A stretch of DNA of 25,438 bases from positions 1 to 25,438 of the IMG/VR virus record IMGVR_UViG_3300045988_055713. One strand, 5' to 3'. The notes beneath the pieces were generated by a model. The model saw only the letters and a program-made list of their open reading frames with translations, was not told where the DNA came from and made no database searches. Positions 24,450-25,438 of this stretch are shown piece by piece. The DNA comes from a virus. Position 1 is the stretch's first letter, and the number at the start of each line of letters is the position of its first letter. Position numbers and translations under genes: made by a program.

Positions 24450-24595
24450 CTCGAACCCTACAACCTAGATACCGCACGACTAGAAAGCTGTTTAAATTTG
24501 ATATTAAATTGGAGAAAATAATCATGAATCAAATACAATGCCTAATTCGTATGTATCGTGATTTAATGTGCGATACCTAGGTTGTAAGATTCGAG
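24450..24595 (-). repeat. Long inverted repeat: 28-nt arms, 24/28 complementary, 90-nt loop; candidate structured RNA on the minus strand
   Basis: Arms are 24450-24477 (CTCGAACCCTACAACCTAGATACCGCAC) and 24568-24595 (GTGCGATACCTAGGTTGTAAGATTCGAG). The four mismatches (24456/24589, 24458/24587, 24469/24576, 24472/24573) are C-A or A-C on the plus strand, and therefore G-U pairs in the minus-strand transcript. Confidence 0.75.
24503..24532 (-). promoter_or_regulatory. Possible sigma-A-type promoter inside the inverted-repeat loop
   Basis: Minus strand has TTGATT (24532-24527), an 18-nt spacer, then TTTAAT (24508-24503). The region is AT-rich, so a chance match is quite possible. Confidence 0.25.
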
Positions 24596-24644
24596 AATTT
24601 CATTTAAAATATAAGTAGTGATTTATTTCATCACTGTGTGACTT

Positions 24645-24929
24645 TTACTTGCAGGTTTGAGTCACTTTTTTTGTGCTTTTTCTTAAACGAATTAAGTTAT
24701 CAATATAAGGTTGAAGTTCTAAAACTCTAATGACCTTAGCAGTTGGATAACCAAATTCATTCTTTTCAATGCCTAAGTTTTTGAAAACTTTACCAACAGT
24801 TGAACTAGCACATCCAATAACTTTAGCTGCATCAATTTGTGAGATGTAGGCTTGTTTCGTTAAGATTTGCAATTTGTGTTCAACATCTGCATCGTATTCA
24901 ACACTTAACATTGGTTCTATCACTCTCAT
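24645..24929 (-). CDS. HTH DNA-binding protein (94 aa)
   Basis: ISQIDAAKVIGCASSTVGKVFKNLG is an HTH-like segment. SD is AAGGAGG, 9 nt upstream of ATG 24929. Confidence 0.6.
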   Translation of the reverse strand: MRVIEPMLSVEYDADVEHKLQILTKQAYISQIDAAKVIGCASSTVGKVFKNLGIEKNEFGYPTAKVIRVLELQPYIDNLIRLRKSTKKVTQTCK

Positions 24930-24947
24930 ATCACATCACCTCCTTTA

Positions 24948-25244
24948 CTAAAATCTGATTGATTGAATCACATTACATACATATGCGGTTGCAATCAGGC
25001 ATCCAATCGTCAATATAACAGATGCAAATAACATCCAATTCGCTACACGTTGTTTTCTTTTCAATTTAATTTCTTTTCTTTCCAACTCTGCATATTTATG
25101 CATCATCAACGTGTATTCTGTACGATGCGGATTATTAGCAAATTCTGCTACATCAAGTTGTTGTTCCGTTACAATTTCGGCTTGTTTTGTTCTTGATCTA
25201 GAACTAGAACTAGCTTTTTTTGTTGAATTTGGCATTTTTTTCAT
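24948..25244 (-). CDS. Tail-anchored small membrane protein (95-98 aa)
   Basis: The basic Ser-rich N-terminus and a helical middle are followed by one C-terminal TM segment (WMLFASVILTIGCLIATAYVCNVI). ATGA overlap with the cro-like stop. ATG 25235 has the better SD spacing. Confidence 0.6.
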   Translation of the reverse strand: MKKMPNSTKKASSSSRSRTKQAEIVTEQQLDVAEFANNPHRTEYTLMMHKYAELERKEIKLKRKQRVANWMLFASVILTIGCLIATAYVCNVIQSIRF

Positions 25245-25438
25245 CCTTTCTTAATCAATAAATCTAAATTGATAACTAATGCATCTGCTATCTTTTTCGC
25301 AGATTTATCTGAGATTGGCTTTCCGTTGTAGGCTTTGCTTATCGTCGTAAGTGATACACCTGATTTTGTTCGCAAAACCATTTGAGTCCATGAACGTGAT
25401 AAGCATTCATTAATTAACTTTTTCTCGTCCAATATCAT
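25241..25438 (-). CDS. XRE-family HTH regulator (Cro-like)
   Basis: SWTQMVLRTKSGVSLTTISKAYNGKPISDKSAKKIADAL is an HTH_3 pattern. The ATG coincides exactly with the window edge, so the true start may lie further upstream. Confidence 0.65.
   Translation of the reverse strand: MILDEKKLINECLSRSWTQMVLRTKSGVSLTTISKAYNGKPISDKSAKKIADALVINLDLLIKKG

Noticed and set aside
7391-24525. Long N-terminal extensions given by the track for several genes (protease 8188, portal 9266, HNH 11852, activator 12540, 13291, 14426, 14750, 17201, primase 21462, 23973, 24525)
   Set aside because: The track uses the first ATG, GTG or TTG in frame. In each case an internal ATG has a proper SD at 6-10 nt, or an ATGA/TAATG coupling to the upstream stop, so I shortened them.
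156-24580. All plus-strand ORFs in the track (156..518, 1011..1238, 2715..3047, 3114..3380, 4786..4968, 8755..8961, 10724..10960, 11024..11272, 12695..12889, 13175..13387, 13860..14126, 14311..14781, 14880..15200, 16553..16741, 17498..17779, 18538..18732, 19577..19885, 20108..20296, 20657..20902, 22640..22846, 23198..23398, 23462..23713, 24317..24580)
   Set aside because: Each lies antisense within a well-supported minus-strand gene. They have low-complexity Phe/Ile/Leu/Ser-rich translations typical of shadow frames in AT-rich DNA and lack SD sequences. Only the last 18 codons of 24317..24580 have an SD, and those are reported separately at low interest.
24450-24595. MITE-like mobile element interpretation of the 146-bp inverted-repeat-bounded segment
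   Set aside because: No target-site duplication flanks the arms (left flank ..TCCTTTCCA, right flank AATTTCATT..), and there is no second copy in the window. The strand-biased G-U pattern fits an RNA or regulatory role better. A genome-wide copy search could still revive this idea.
24617-24635. Hairpin AGTGAT-N7-ATCACT just after the HTH gene stop, as a possible terminator
   Set aside because: It has only a 6-bp AT-rich stem, and the downstream tract on the minus strand (ACUUAUAUUUUA) is a poor U-run. That is too weak to call.
1-25438. CRISPR arrays, tRNA/tmRNA genes, IS elements, attL/attR, lysis and lysogeny (integrase/CI) modules
   Set aside because: None is recognisable in this window. 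Coding density is very high, and the only non-coding gaps are those described above. Lysogeny and lysis genes, if present, lie outside the window.

Overview
AT-rich 25.4-kb stretch of a cos-type, HK97-like siphovirus (phage or prophage) from a low-G+C Gram-positive host. Every credible gene is on the minus strand, so transcription runs from 25438 down to 1. I saw no tRNA, rRNA, CRISPR array or IS element. Order from right to left: (1) a Cro-like XRE HTH, a tail-anchored membrane protein and a second HTH protein; (2) a 210-bp non-coding region with a 28-bp-arm inverted repeat; (3) small ORFs; (4) a recombination module of Gp157-like protein, Sak4-like P-loop ATPase, SSB-like protein ending in DDLPF, and an ERCC4-type nuclease; (5) a DnaG-type primase fused to a P4/D5-type helicase; (6) an AT-rich, inverted-repeat-flanked ori-like spacer; (7) an unusual gene pair, a motif-IV-less N6-adenine-methyltransferase-like ORF overlapping an intact tyrosine recombinase; (8) a triple-zinc-ribbon DUF3310-like protein and a dimeric dUTPase; (9) about 12 tightly coupled small ORFans; (10) a RinA/ArpU-like late activator followed by an intrinsic terminator; (11) the late operon: HNH endonuclease, GC-rich candidate cos site, TerS, TerL, portal, ClpP-like protease, HK97-type capsid, connector and neck proteins, major tail protein with a terminator, G/GT chaperones with a -1 frameshift site, a 1002-aa tape measure, and the start of Dit. 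The best candidates for something new are the methyltransferase-like/recombinase pair with its upstream repeat-flanked AT-rich spacer (17146-18970), and the long inverted repeat at 24450-24595, whose four mismatches all become G-U pairs on the transcribed strand. All family calls come from motif recognition by eye; no database search was run.
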